Assembly: GCA_963766075.1 (NCBI GenBank)
Contig: CAVYAN010000061.1
Location: 1 to 64,000, forward strand
DNA from: an uncultured cyanobacterium
Lineage (GTDB): Bacteria; Cyanobacteriota; Cyanobacteriia; Leptolyngbyales; Leptolyngbyaceae
Reading direction: 5' to 3'
Length of the DNA: 64,000 nucleotides
Under the pieces are notes generated by a model. It was not told the DNA's origin and did not search any database. It saw only the letters and a list, made by a program, of their open reading frames with translations. The position numbers were made by a program, and so were the translations under genes. This document shows positions 32,938-43,042 of the stretch, in pieces (positions within the stretch are counted from its first letter, which is position 1; each line of letters begins with the position of its first letter).

Positions 32938-33723
32938 ATGGTTTACCAGATTTCCGCGACCAAACTGCAAACCTATCAGCGTTGTCCCTACTCCTACTAC
33001 TTGCGTTACGAGCGTAAACTGCCCACCAGTGAGTTTTTTGGTTCCGCCGCTCTGGGTACGGCATTGCACCATACCCTAGCGCAATGCCATCGGGATTGGC
33101 ACTACCATACCCCTCTTCCCGATCTACGCTGGTTAAAACATTGCTGGGAACAAAATTCTGCTAATCTGACCCCCAAGCAAAATACCGAAGGTCTAGAAAT
33201 TCTAGAGAATTATCACCGCACCTTTATTGCTGCCGAAACGTCTCTGTCGCAACCCTTGGCGGTGGAAGGGAAGATCCATGGCTATCTCCAAGTCGAAAAT
33301 TTGGAGTTTTTGATTAGTGGGCGTTACGATCGCCTCGATTTTCTCCCTGAGGGCTTGGAGTTAATCGACTATAAATCTAGTCGGGAAATCAAATCTCCCG
33401 ACGCCTCCGAATTAGACATTCAAATGGGGTTGTACTACCTGGCCCTAGAGCAGACCTATCGTCAAAGTCTGAAATACATGAGTTTGCTGTACCTTCGGTT
33501 GGGCGAAAAAATCCAATTTGTCGCTACAGCCGAACAGCGGCAGCAAGCCGAAGCCATGATTAGCCAGTTGGCCCTGCGCCTCCGCTATGATCGGGGTTGG
33601 GAGCCAACCCCCGGTGACCACTGCCACCGCTGTGCCTTTGCTCGCTACTGTCCAGCGGTATCCAACAGCCCTACTCCCCTACCGGCAACGCGAGCTGAGA
33701 TCACAGTTGCAATTAGCCCTTAG
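32938..33723 (+). CDS. PD-(D/E)XK nuclease of the RecB/Cas4-like type with predicted 4-Cys Fe-S ligands
   Basis: ISATKLQTYQRCP, GTALH, GRYDRLD, LIDYKS, QMGLY and CHRCAFARYC motifs. Confidence 0.88.
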   Translation: MVYQISATKLQTYQRCPYSYYLRYERKLPTSEFFGSAALGTALHHTLAQCHRDWHYHTPLPDLRWLKHCWEQNSANLTPKQNTEGLEILENYHRTFIAAETSLSQPLAVEGKIHGYLQVENLEFLISGRYDRLDFLPEGLELIDYKSSREIKSPDASELDIQMGLYYLALEQTYRQSLKYMSLLYLRLGEKIQFVATAEQRQQAEAMISQLALRLRYDRGWEPTPGDHCHRCAFARYCPAVSNSPTPLPATRAEITVAISP

Positions 33724-33878
33724 TCTATAGTGCCTTGGCTGACTGAGACTCTTGACTGATTAGTGTCCTTGACTTATGTCTTGATTAATTGACTTTACTG
33801 ACTGACTAGATGTCTTGATTGATTATCTTAATTGATTGGCTGATTGATACCTTAATTGACTGTTTATGAAGCCACCCA

Positions 33879-33914
33879 CTTAGGTATTTATACAATTTTA
33901 TATAAATACCTAAG
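33879..33914. other. Perfect 14-bp inverted repeat
   Basis: CTTAGGTATTTATA-caatttta-TATAAATACCTAAG. Confidence 0.7.
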
Positions 33915-34427
33915 CAGGCATACCTATTCAAATCATTGATTAGAGAATGCATAAAGTCTTAGGTTTGTCATTAATGTATCGATTGATTGAAAACTTTTCA
34001 AACCCTCGTCCAGTCTGAGTCTTAAGAATAGTTTAGTTCGGTGTTTTACAGGACTTCTGGTTACGAAGAAGTCGTTTGTTATTTCTTCCTTTTCCCATGC
34101 TAAACACTCCATTTTCCAAAGCCTTGCCATTGCCTGCACCCGTATGCCGTTGGTGCAAGGTCTACGTCCCCCAACAGTTTGCTCAAGCGCATCAATTTCC
34201 TTGGCAAGCCACCCATTGGGGCTTCTCTGAAGCGAGAACAGTTCCCACCGCCACCCGGCTCCGCAGCCATGGGCCTACCCGCATTCAGTTACACGTTGCG
34301 TCCCGGTCGGTCACATTTAACGGGTACTGGCGAGCTTAGGATAATTACAATTAAAAGTCAAAATTAAAAATGGGCATTGCTGACTCTGGTTAGGAATGGT
34401 GGGGTCTTTTTTATAGTTAAATTAATT

Positions 34428-35495
34428 ATGCAAATCCGGATTCAAACCTTCACTGTTCACAAGCGAACTCCCCTCACCATTAGTCGGGGTACAACGGCGC
34501 AAACGACTAATGTTTGGGTGGAGGTGGAGCATGATGGGATCCAGGGCTGGGGGGAAGCTTCGCCATTTTCCGTGATGGTGGGGGAATTGCCGCTCACGGC
34601 GGCGGCGATCGCCCGTCCGATCCAACGTCTAGCCCCATTGCTAAAGGCCGTCAGTCCTCTGGAACGGCAACGCATCGATCGCATGATGACAGAGTTCGGT
34701 TTGCCATCGAGCTCGCGGGCCGCGTTGGATATCGCCTTGCATGATTGGCTTGGGAAGGCGGCCAATTTACCCCTGTGGCAGTTGTGGGGCCTGGATCGCG
34801 ATTGCATTGTGCCCACCACCGTCACCATTGGCATTAGCTCGCCCGCTGCGGCCCAACAGCGGGTTCGGGAATGGCTAGGTGAAGGCACCGTCGCCTCTCC
34901 GTCGCGAAATATTCAGGCGCTGAAGTTGAAATTGGGGAGTCCCCTAGGCGCGGAAGCGGATCAGGCGATGGTGCTGGCGGTAAAAACCGTGGCTCCCCAT
35001 ATTGCCCACATCAGTGTGGATGCAAATGGTGGCTGGACGGTGGAGACGGCCCTAGCGATGGCGGATTGGCTGGCAGAGCAGGGTGTGAAATCGATTGAGC
35101 AGCCACTGGCTAAGGGATTAGAGGGAGAATTGCCGACGTTGTATCGGCGATCGCCCCTGCCCATCTTCGCCGATGAAAGCTGCTTCACGAGCCAGGATAT
35201 TCCGGCTTTGTGCGATCGCGTCCACGGTATCAATATCAAGCTGATGAAGTCCGGCGGCCTGTCCGAAGCGCTGCGCATGATTCATACGGCGCGGGCCTGT
35301 GGCCTGAAAATTATGTTTGGCTGCTACTCGGATAGCGCGCTGTTGAACACTGCTCTGGCCCAGTTGTCACCGTTGGCCGACTATGTGGATCTCGATAGCC
35401 ACCTCAACTTACTGGATGATCCATTTGTGGGAGCCCATTTTGAAACCGGGCGCGTGCTGCCCAATGATCTACCAGGATTGGGCGTGCGGCGTTGA
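34428..35495 (+). CDS. Dipeptide (L-Ala-D/L-Glu) epimerase, enolase superfamily
   Basis: GWGEA, KLKLG, DANGGW, IEQP, FADES, INIKLMKSGG and DLDS motifs. Confidence 0.92.
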   Translation: MQIRIQTFTVHKRTPLTISRGTTAQTTNVWVEVEHDGIQGWGEASPFSVMVGELPLTAAAIARPIQRLAPLLKAVSPLERQRIDRMMTEFGLPSSSRAALDIALHDWLGKAANLPLWQLWGLDRDCIVPTTVTIGISSPAAAQQRVREWLGEGTVASPSRNIQALKLKLGSPLGAEADQAMVLAVKTVAPHIAHISVDANGGWTVETALAMADWLAEQGVKSIEQPLAKGLEGELPTLYRRSPLPIFADESCFTSQDIPALCDRVHGINIKLMKSGGLSEALRMIHTARACGLKIMFGCYSDSALLNTALAQLSPLADYVDLDSHLNLLDDPFVGAHFETGRVLPNDLPGLGVRR

Positions 35496-35580
35496 GGTCT
35501 CCATCACGAGCCGATGACTCTATCTCTTGGGCCAAAAGCCGCTTGAGAAGCAAAAAGCTGCTTGAGACGAAGACTGGTAG

Positions 35581-36495
<915 letters not shown>

Positions 36496-37097
36496 CTATG
36501 AACCCGGAGCACCGATTGCGCTCCAACCCGTGGACATAGTCCACTTGCGAATACGCCCATTTCCTGACGGTTGCCCCCTGCGCGATTGGCCTGCACTGTT
36601 GCTGGAACAAAGGCAACGACCAACTGCATACTAGGGCAAAACATCAAGAATAGGGCAGTCCCTCAGCAAAATCAGCTAGGTTGGAACAATGGTAAGGCTG
36701 TCCCTAAACAGTATCTTCATTATTCCTCAATCATTGAGGGATAGAACACTTTATCAGTAAAACCTTACAGCGTTTTCACAAGCCGGTTCTAGCGGGCTAA
36801 TCTTTATCAAAACGAGCAGAGGATAAATAGTCAGAGGGGGCTTTTGCGTGAAAGAGACACCTAGCGACAGAAATTCTCAGTGGAAATACGATGAAAGCAG
36901 CAAATCCGACCCAGATCACCGGGAATTTACGGGGAGATCGCCTGAGATCGCCCCAGTGCTGTGGCTAATAGTGCTATGGCTAATACAGTCCGGCGGCCAT
37001 AACCATCCAGCTATGGACAGCCAAATTGCCTTCTCCATAGAGATTTCAACCTTCCGCCCTCTACTGTTTACTTCTGTCTCAATGCGCTAGGGCGCGT

Positions 37098-37271
37098 TTA
37101 TGCGGCTGTGAGACGACCACTGCCCCGATGGTTGATGGGGGGCACAACTTGCAGTGCTGTGAGAGCTGGGTGGTCATCCACAGGCTGATTGGCCAATTGG
37201 GGGAGGCACAGGTGACCCGCGAAAGCCGTCAGCAAAAGAGTCGTCAGGATGGCAAGGGTTTGAAGACGCAT
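37098..37271 (-). CDS. patX: PatX-type RGSGR signalling peptide precursor (57 aa)
   Basis: MRLQTLAILTTLLLTAFAG signal-like N-terminus; C-terminal PPINHRGSGRLTAA; co-oriented about 610 bp upstream of hetR. Confidence 0.85.
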   Translation of the reverse strand: MRLQTLAILTTLLLTAFAGHLCLPQLANQPVDDHPALTALQVVPPINHRGSGRLTAA

Positions 37272-37303
37272 GGTGATGATGTCCGTGTTAGGGTTGCTAC
37301 TAA

Positions 37304-37333
37304 CTGTTACGGAGCTTTTGGACAAGATCAGGA
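37304..37333 (-). promoter_or_regulatory. DIF1-like promoter of patX
   Basis: Minus strand reads TCCTGA-N17-GTAACAG, ending 32 nt before the ATG; one mismatch to DIF1 TCCGGA. Confidence 0.55.
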
Positions 37334-37418
37334 TGAATTGCCACAGGATTTTGGAAATCTGCTTGACTAACTTTGATGGAAATGCTTCGGTGGTTTCGAG
37401 GGTTCTGGTGAGAGGACT

Positions 37419-38330
37419 TTACGGTTGTGGTGGGCTAGGCTGATCCAGTTCTGTTCGGGGATCAAGGGCATCGCGTAGGCCATCTCCCAACAGGTTGAGG
37501 GCAAGAACCGTCAGCGTAATGAATAGTCCCGGAAAGAGCATGGTCCAAGGCGCTGTCAGGGAGTAACCACCCTTGAAGGCGTCCGCTAGCATGGTGCCCA
37601 GCTCCGGGTTAGGGGGTTGGACGCCCAGGCCCAAGAAACCCAGGCCCGCGGCTTCCAAGGTAGCGGTGCCGGTGGCTAGGGTGGCTTGGACAATGATGGG
37701 TCCCAGGCTGGCGGGAAGGACGTGGCGCAGCAGAATGTGCCATGGGGTGGCACCGAGGGCACGGGCGGCGAGGACGAATTCTTGTTCCCGGAGGGAAAGA
37801 ACGAGCGCACGGGTCAGGCGGGTGAAGATGGGAACTTGGATGATGCCGACGGCGAGCATGGTGCTTTGGAGACTGGGGCCGGTGACCGTGACGATCGCGA
37901 TCGCCAACAAAATGGATGGAAATGCCAGCAGAATGTCTGTGCACCAGCCAATCACGGTTTCGGCGATGCCACGCCAGTAACCCGCCACAAGGCCGCTCAG
38001 GAGTCCTATCCCGAGGCCCAAACTGACGGAAATGCTGCTCACGATCCAAGAGGTCCGCGTGCCGTACCACACCAGGGTCCGAATATCCCGTCCCAGGGCA
38101 TCGGTGCCAAACCAGTGAGCGGAACTGGGGGGGCGTAGGCGAGTGATATAGCTGCGATCGCTGGCGGGGTCGTAGGGACAGAGCAGCGGCGCGAGCAATA
38201 CCAGCAGGAGCAACAGCAGCGTCAGCAGGCCACCCATTTTGCCTGCGGGCGATCGCCAAAACCGTTGTAGGGCAGAGGAAGACTGTGAGGCTAGGGACGG
38301 GGCGATCGGGCGGGGCGGGGTGGGCAGCAT
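37419..38330 (-). CDS. Peptide ABC transporter permease (DppC/OppC-like)
   Basis: HWFGTDALGRD, EFVLAARALGA (EAA loop) and NLLGDGLRDALDP motifs. Confidence 0.93.
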   Translation of the reverse strand: MLPTPPRPIAPSLASQSSSALQRFWRSPAGKMGGLLTLLLLLLVLLAPLLCPYDPASDRSYITRLRPPSSAHWFGTDALGRDIRTLVWYGTRTSWIVSSISVSLGLGIGLLSGLVAGYWRGIAETVIGWCTDILLAFPSILLAIAIVTVTGPSLQSTMLAVGIIQVPIFTRLTRALVLSLREQEFVLAARALGATPWHILLRHVLPASLGPIIVQATLATGTATLEAAGLGFLGLGVQPPNPELGTMLADAFKGGYSLTAPWTMLFPGLFITLTVLALNLLGDGLRDALDPRTELDQPSPPQP

Positions 38331-38397
38331 CAAAATGGAACCTTTCAGTGTAGGGTGTTTAGGGGCGCTGGCCGGAATCAGCAGTCACGAGTTCTGC

Positions 38398-38433
38398 GGT
38401 GATAATTTTGTGATGATAATTTTGTGATGATAA
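38398..38433 (+). repeat. 14-bp tandem repeat
   Basis: About 2.5 copies of TGATAATTTTGTGA in the divergent intergenic region. Confidence 0.8.
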
Positions 38434-38450
38434 TACGGGGATTGACTGAG

Positions 38451-39782
38451 ATGGCGAAACATTCCTGGACTGTGGGAATGGTAACGGCTGTAATGATTTG
38501 CGGCGGCTGTGGTCGCCCGTCTCCGGTGGTATCCCCGTCGTCCTTGCCGGGGCAAATCCCCACGCTCCCCGGGACTCCAGCGGCAGCACCTGTGTTACCG
38601 CTAACTCCCCCGCCTGGATTGGGGGATACGGCGGTGCAGGCACAGGTGCAACAGTATGTGGATAGACTGGCGGGCAAGGGATTTGCGCCTGCCAGTCAAG
38701 GACTGTGGATCCAGACAGACCGTGAATTGCTGGGGAATCACCAAGGGACAAAGCCCCTATCTGCGGCTTCGTTGACCAAGGTGGCAACCTCCTTGGCGGT
38801 GCTGCAAACCTTTGGCGTGGATCATCGATTTACGACCCGTTTGGGAGCAACAGGCCCGATTCAGCAGGGTGTGCTGCAAGGGGATTTGGTGGTGCAGGGA
38901 GGCGAAGATCCGCTGCTGGTGTGGGAAGAAGCGATCGCCCTGGGCAATCAGTTGAACCAACTGGGCATCCGCCAGGTAACGGGAAATTTAGTGATTGTTG
39001 GCCCGTTCTACATGAACTTTGAAAGCGACCCCACCCAGGCCGGAAATTTTCTCAAGGAAGGGTTGAATGCGTCGGCGTGGGGCAGTGAGGCGATGACCCA
39101 ATATCAAACATTGCCCGCAGGAACTCCCCGTCCCCAAGTGGCCATTCAAGGAACCGTTCAGGTGACAAAAACACTCCCAAAAACAGTGCAGCCCCTACTC
39201 ACCCATGCGTCCTTGCCGGTGGCAGAGTTGCTGAAAAAAATGAACCAATACAGCAATAACTTGATGGCCGATATGATGGCCAATGCAGCAGGGGGGGCGG
39301 CAATGGTGCAACAAAAGGTGGTGCAGGCGACGGGGCTACCAGCGGCGGAAATTATCTTGGTGAATGGCTCTGGCCTGGGTGAGGCAAATCGGATTTCGCC
39401 GCGCATGGTCTGTGGGATGTTTCGGGCCATTGATCGCTACTTGCAAGCCCATCAGATGACCGTAGGAGATTTGTTTACTGTGATTGGGCGCGATGAGGGA
39501 ATTTTGAGTGAGCGATCGCTGCCGCCCTTGGCAATTATCAAATCCGGCAGTTTAGATAACGTTAGTGCCTTAGCCGGAGTGCTGGCAACGCAGAAACACG
39601 GCACCGTCTGGTTTGCGATCCAAAATGGTGGTCCAGATAACCTAGAAGGATTCCGCACCGAACAGGAGGCATTGCTTAAAACCTGGGTCGGTCAGTGGGG
39701 CAGCACCAATCCGTTGCCTCCGGGCTTGGCTCCCACGCTGGCACGGCAGCATAAAACACCACAGACTGAGCGTGTGCGCTGA
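38451..39782 (+). CDS. dacB: D-Ala-D-Ala carboxypeptidase/endopeptidase (PBP4, peptidase S13)
   Basis: SxxK (ASLTK), SxN (YSNN), NGSGL and KSG motifs; N-terminal signal or lipobox. Confidence 0.9.
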   Translation: MAKHSWTVGMVTAVMICGGCGRPSPVVSPSSLPGQIPTLPGTPAAAPVLPLTPPPGLGDTAVQAQVQQYVDRLAGKGFAPASQGLWIQTDRELLGNHQGTKPLSAASLTKVATSLAVLQTFGVDHRFTTRLGATGPIQQGVLQGDLVVQGGEDPLLVWEEAIALGNQLNQLGIRQVTGNLVIVGPFYMNFESDPTQAGNFLKEGLNASAWGSEAMTQYQTLPAGTPRPQVAIQGTVQVTKTLPKTVQPLLTHASLPVAELLKKMNQYSNNLMADMMANAAGGAAMVQQKVVQATGLPAAEIILVNGSGLGEANRISPRMVCGMFRAIDRYLQAHQMTVGDLFTVIGRDEGILSERSLPPLAIIKSGSLDNVSALAGVLATQKHGTVWFAIQNGGPDNLEGFRTEQEALLKTWVGQWGSTNPLPPGLAPTLARQHKTPQTERVR

Positions 39783-39880
39783 ATAAATTAAAAGTTCAAA
39801 ATTAATAAATTCAAAATAAGGAGCGATCTGGTGGGCATTTTTACGGGTGAGAATTTTTAGTCGTGAACGGTTCATCGTGC

Positions 39881-40249
39881 CTAGCCTGTGATGGATAGGG
39901 AATGCCAAGTCGTGGGGTGGTGGCGATCGCCCAGGGTGTGGGCCAATAGTGCTGCCAACTGTTTGGCCTTTTCTAGATTGTCATGGTGAAAGTCACAGAC
40001 ATGAATATCGAGGGTGATCTTGCCGAGTTCTGGCCAAAAGTGCAGGGCAACATGGGATTCAGCTAAAAGTGCCACCACCGAAATGCCCTGGGGCTGGAAG
40101 GTGAAGGAGGTTTCGCTGACCACGGTCAGTCCTACGGTCTGTACTTGTTGCTGCAACACCTGCAAAAAGTCCATTGCAGTCCATCCATGCAACTGTGCCG
40201 CCACGGGCAGAATCGCTGAAAAGTGATGGGAATGAATCGGTTCAGTCAT
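39881..40249 (-). CDS. speD: Pyruvoyl-dependent S-adenosylmethionine decarboxylase family proenzyme
   Basis: FQPQGIS, LLAESHVALHFWPE (ES cleavage site) and LDIHVC motifs; ATG 40249 overlaps the DUF4178 stop. Confidence 0.85.
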   Translation of the reverse strand: MTEPIHSHHFSAILPVAAQLHGWTAMDFLQVLQQQVQTVGLTVVSETSFTFQPQGISVVALLAESHVALHFWPELGKITLDIHVCDFHHDNLEKAKQLAALLAHTLGDRHHPTTWHSLSITG

Positions 40250-40862
40250 AGTTACGGTATACGCTTTTGCCATCCCCAGGGAGGAGAACCAACGATTGGG
40301 GATGAATCTGTCGGCCCCGGGTTACTTCCACATCGCCCTGCCAATTTTCCACGGAGAGCACGGTGTCATCGGGTCCGGTATAGTCAAAATACTGGCAGAT
40401 CTGCGATTGCCGATTCAAGGGAGTGCCCAGGCGCGTCATGCGGGCTGTGCCCGCTTCGATTTGACGATAGGTGAGGTGGTCCAGAATAATCTGTTGCGGG
40501 GGCGGATTGCTGATTTCTGCATGGGCTAGGGTTTCCATCCAGAGTACCTCTAGGCGATCATCCTCTTCGATGGACAGCCAGCGTTGGCGATCGCCATCCT
40601 GCATTAAATATTCCAGCCAGCCGTAGCCGTGATCATCGTAGGTCAGCCGGTCCTCTACGACCCAATCTGTTCCCGCGTACTGCACAATATCTCCAACTTG
40701 TAGATTAAATACGGTCCGCGCTGCCGCATGCCGTGTGGCCGCCCGCGTGGAGAATCGCCGCTGCCATGCCGGAAACATGGACAACCCCTTGTTCTGTCGC
40801 CATAGTAGGACCACACCTAGGACAACGACAGCGACAATTCCGATCCAGATACCCGTTAACAT
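40242..40862 (-). CDS. DUF4178 domain protein with N-terminal TM helix
   Basis: FNLQVGDIVQY, WLEYLM, WLSIEEDD and LSVENW motifs. Confidence 0.8.
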   Translation of the reverse strand: MLTGIWIGIVAVVVLGVVLLWRQNKGLSMFPAWQRRFSTRAATRHAAARTVFNLQVGDIVQYAGTDWVVEDRLTYDDHGYGWLEYLMQDGDRQRWLSIEEDDRLEVLWMETLAHAEISNPPPQQIILDHLTYRQIEAGTARMTRLGTPLNRQSQICQYFDYTGPDDTVLSVENWQGDVEVTRGRQIHPQSLVLLPGDGKSVYRNYD

Positions 40863-40930
40863 AATGCCTGCCTTAACATAATGCTTGCCTCTTCTCTAGC
40901 CAATGCCCGCGACGCAGATGCCAATACGCC

Positions 40931-42799
40931 TTATTCATAGCCTTCCCACCGTGGATCTTCCTGATACCGCACAATCACGGGTTGGGCGAGGCGGTTGATT
41001 TCCACATTGCCCAAGCGAATATCCCCCGGCAGTTGGAAAAGTGTAGGCAGGGTCGCCTTTGTGAGAAAGCGGGTGGCAATCGGCAGGGTGAGTTGCTCCG
41101 GGTGAATGGGCGATCGCGCTGCTAGCACGAAGCCCCAGGGACCAAAACTAGGCACATCAATCACATAGGGATGCACCGACAACCCAACGGATGCCAACGT
41201 TGCGGCGACGCAGGCAAAGGCGCGCGGCGCAAAAAATGGGCTGGATGCCTGGGTGACAAAAACGCCGTTGGGGGCTAGCCGTGGCAGCAGACGCTGATAA
41301 AATCCCTGAGCGTAGAGTTTGGCAATAATGGCGCGATCGGGGTCCGGAAAGTCCGCGATAATCACATCAAAAATTTCGGATAAACCCGGCACCAGGGTGA
41401 ATGCATCGCCAATGCGCAAGTCTACCCGAGGATCTTGAAAGGCATTCTGATTGACCCGCTTCAGGGTGGGATGGCGACGGGCCAAATTCACCACGGCTGG
41501 ATCCAAATCCACTAGCACAACCCGCTCAACATCCGGCCATTTCAGCACTTCCCGCAAGGCCATACCGTCGCCTGCTCCCATAATTAATACCCGACGCTTC
41601 ATCGTCGTCTTGACATTGGGAGAATCAGAATTAATGTTGACAATTAAATTGGAAACTGGCTTGTCTTTTGAATAATCACGATCACTAAACTTTAATCTCG
41701 AACCAGATTCATATGAATTTTCTAGTAGATTAGAACTTAGGCTTCTAATACTTGAACTTAAATTAGAATCTATATTTGAATCTGTATTCAGAATCGACTT
41801 GGGAAGATTTAGGCCGGAAAGACTTAAGTCTTTTCGGCTTAGATTTGCACTCAAGGCAGGATGCACCAGGGCCTCGTGGTAGCGGTATTCATCCAGGGTG
41901 GAGAGTTGCAGATCGCCATCCAAAAACAGCCGCACATCACTGCCGCGTCGGGTGAGAACAATGCGCTGATAGGCGGACTGGATGCGAGAAATAATCGGCG
42001 CTTTGTAGAGGCTATTTTCTAGGCGATCGCCAAGGGGCACCGTCATCGGAGCCAATACAACCAGGGCAACCGCCAGCCCCAAGCCCCAGTAACTCCAACG
42101 CCGCAGCCTGGGAAATTCGCGCCCAAACCCAAACACCATCAACGCGGGCAATGCGCCAATAATGGCCGCCGAGGGAAATAGGCCAATCAGCGGCAGCAAA
42201 ATCACAGGAAAGGCCAAAGAGCCCACCAAGGCTCCCAAATAATCCAGGGCCAGCACTCCCGCTAGGGCATCGCCTACGCCTTCCTCGGGGGCCAAAAGAC
42301 GGGTTAACAGAGGCACTTCTAATCCTGCCAATCCCCCTAAAATGATCGTAACCAGGAACAAGCCTAACCAGAACGGCCCGTTGATCACAAATAACGCAAA
42401 TAGCGCTAGTGGTAGAACGGCACTCAGTGGGGCAATCAGAAGTTCAATCGCCACAAACGCAAATTGTAATTGCTGTTGCTGCTCGATCTGGTTGAATGAA
42501 GATCGCGCAATGAACTGGCTCAGGTATGCCCCCAAGCCCATAGCAGCCAAAAAACCGCCTACAGCCACGCCATAGGCGAGGGCTTGGTTTCCTACCAAAT
42601 AGCTGGCTAAGGTACCCAGTAATAACTCAACTGCCAATCCACAACTGGAGGACACTGCCGCCGCGATCAACAGGAGCGATCGCTGCCGTCGATTTAAAGG
42701 CTTCGGCTGCTCTGTTTCCGCCATGGCATCTCCCAGTATGGCACCTCCCACCATGGCATTGGGCACAAGGGCATTTCCTTCCATAGCATTCTCCTGCAT
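40931..42799 (-). CDS. Membrane-bound aminopropyltransferase (spermidine synthase-like, about 7 N-terminal TM helices)
   Basis: LALDYLGAL, DEYRYHEALVHPA, GAGDGMALRE, VDLDP and DFPDP motifs; ATG 42799 is coupled (TAATG) to the upstream stop. Confidence 0.92.
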   Translation of the reverse strand: MQENAMEGNALVPNAMVGGAILGDAMAETEQPKPLNRRQRSLLLIAAAVSSSCGLAVELLLGTLASYLVGNQALAYGVAVGGFLAAMGLGAYLSQFIARSSFNQIEQQQQLQFAFVAIELLIAPLSAVLPLALFALFVINGPFWLGLFLVTIILGGLAGLEVPLLTRLLAPEEGVGDALAGVLALDYLGALVGSLAFPVILLPLIGLFPSAAIIGALPALMVFGFGREFPRLRRWSYWGLGLAVALVVLAPMTVPLGDRLENSLYKAPIISRIQSAYQRIVLTRRGSDVRLFLDGDLQLSTLDEYRYHEALVHPALSANLSRKDLSLSGLNLPKSILNTDSNIDSNLSSSIRSLSSNLLENSYESGSRLKFSDRDYSKDKPVSNLIVNINSDSPNVKTTMKRRVLIMGAGDGMALREVLKWPDVERVVLVDLDPAVVNLARRHPTLKRVNQNAFQDPRVDLRIGDAFTLVPGLSEIFDVIIADFPDPDRAIIAKLYAQGFYQRLLPRLAPNGVFVTQASSPFFAPRAFACVAATLASVGLSVHPYVIDVPSFGPWGFVLAARSPIHPEQLTLPIATRFLTKATLPTLFQLPGDIRLGNVEINRLAQPVIVRYQEDPRWEGYE

Positions 42800-43029
42800 T
42801 ATTTGCCGGTCCCCGGTCCGCCCCCGCGAAATCCAGCATAGGTTTCGCGCGAGGAATATTGCCATCGGCCCCCGACATAGGATCCAGACGGGCGCAGACT
42901 GTCAGAACGGCTCCAGTACTGATCTTGATTTTCCTGGCGCAGGACAAAAGCCGACTGTTGGGTAAAGGCCATCCATAGGGTGAGCAAGGCGATCACAGCG
43001 GTACTCAGGGTCAAAAATTTAATCAGCAT
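42799..43029 (-). CDS. Small membrane-anchored protein ending FRGGGPGTGK (DUF4247-like tail)
   Basis: 76 aa; N-terminal hydrophobic helix; TAATG coupling to the downstream gene. Confidence 0.75.
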   Translation of the reverse strand: MLIKFLTLSTAVIALLTLWMAFTQQSAFVLRQENQDQYWSRSDSLRPSGSYVGGRWQYSSRETYAGFRGGGPGTGK

Positions 43030-43042
43030 GATGGCAAATCAA

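Noticed and set aside
31800..33914. CRISPR array or cas locus around the Cas4-like nuclease
   Set aside because: The repeats are 9-11 bp or degenerate, with no 23-47 bp repeat-spacer pattern, and there is no cas1 or cas2.
41600..41850. Intein or intron in the aminopropyltransferase
   Set aside because: No His-Asn/Cys-Ser-Thr splice junction, too short and low in complexity, and no group I/II intron features seen.
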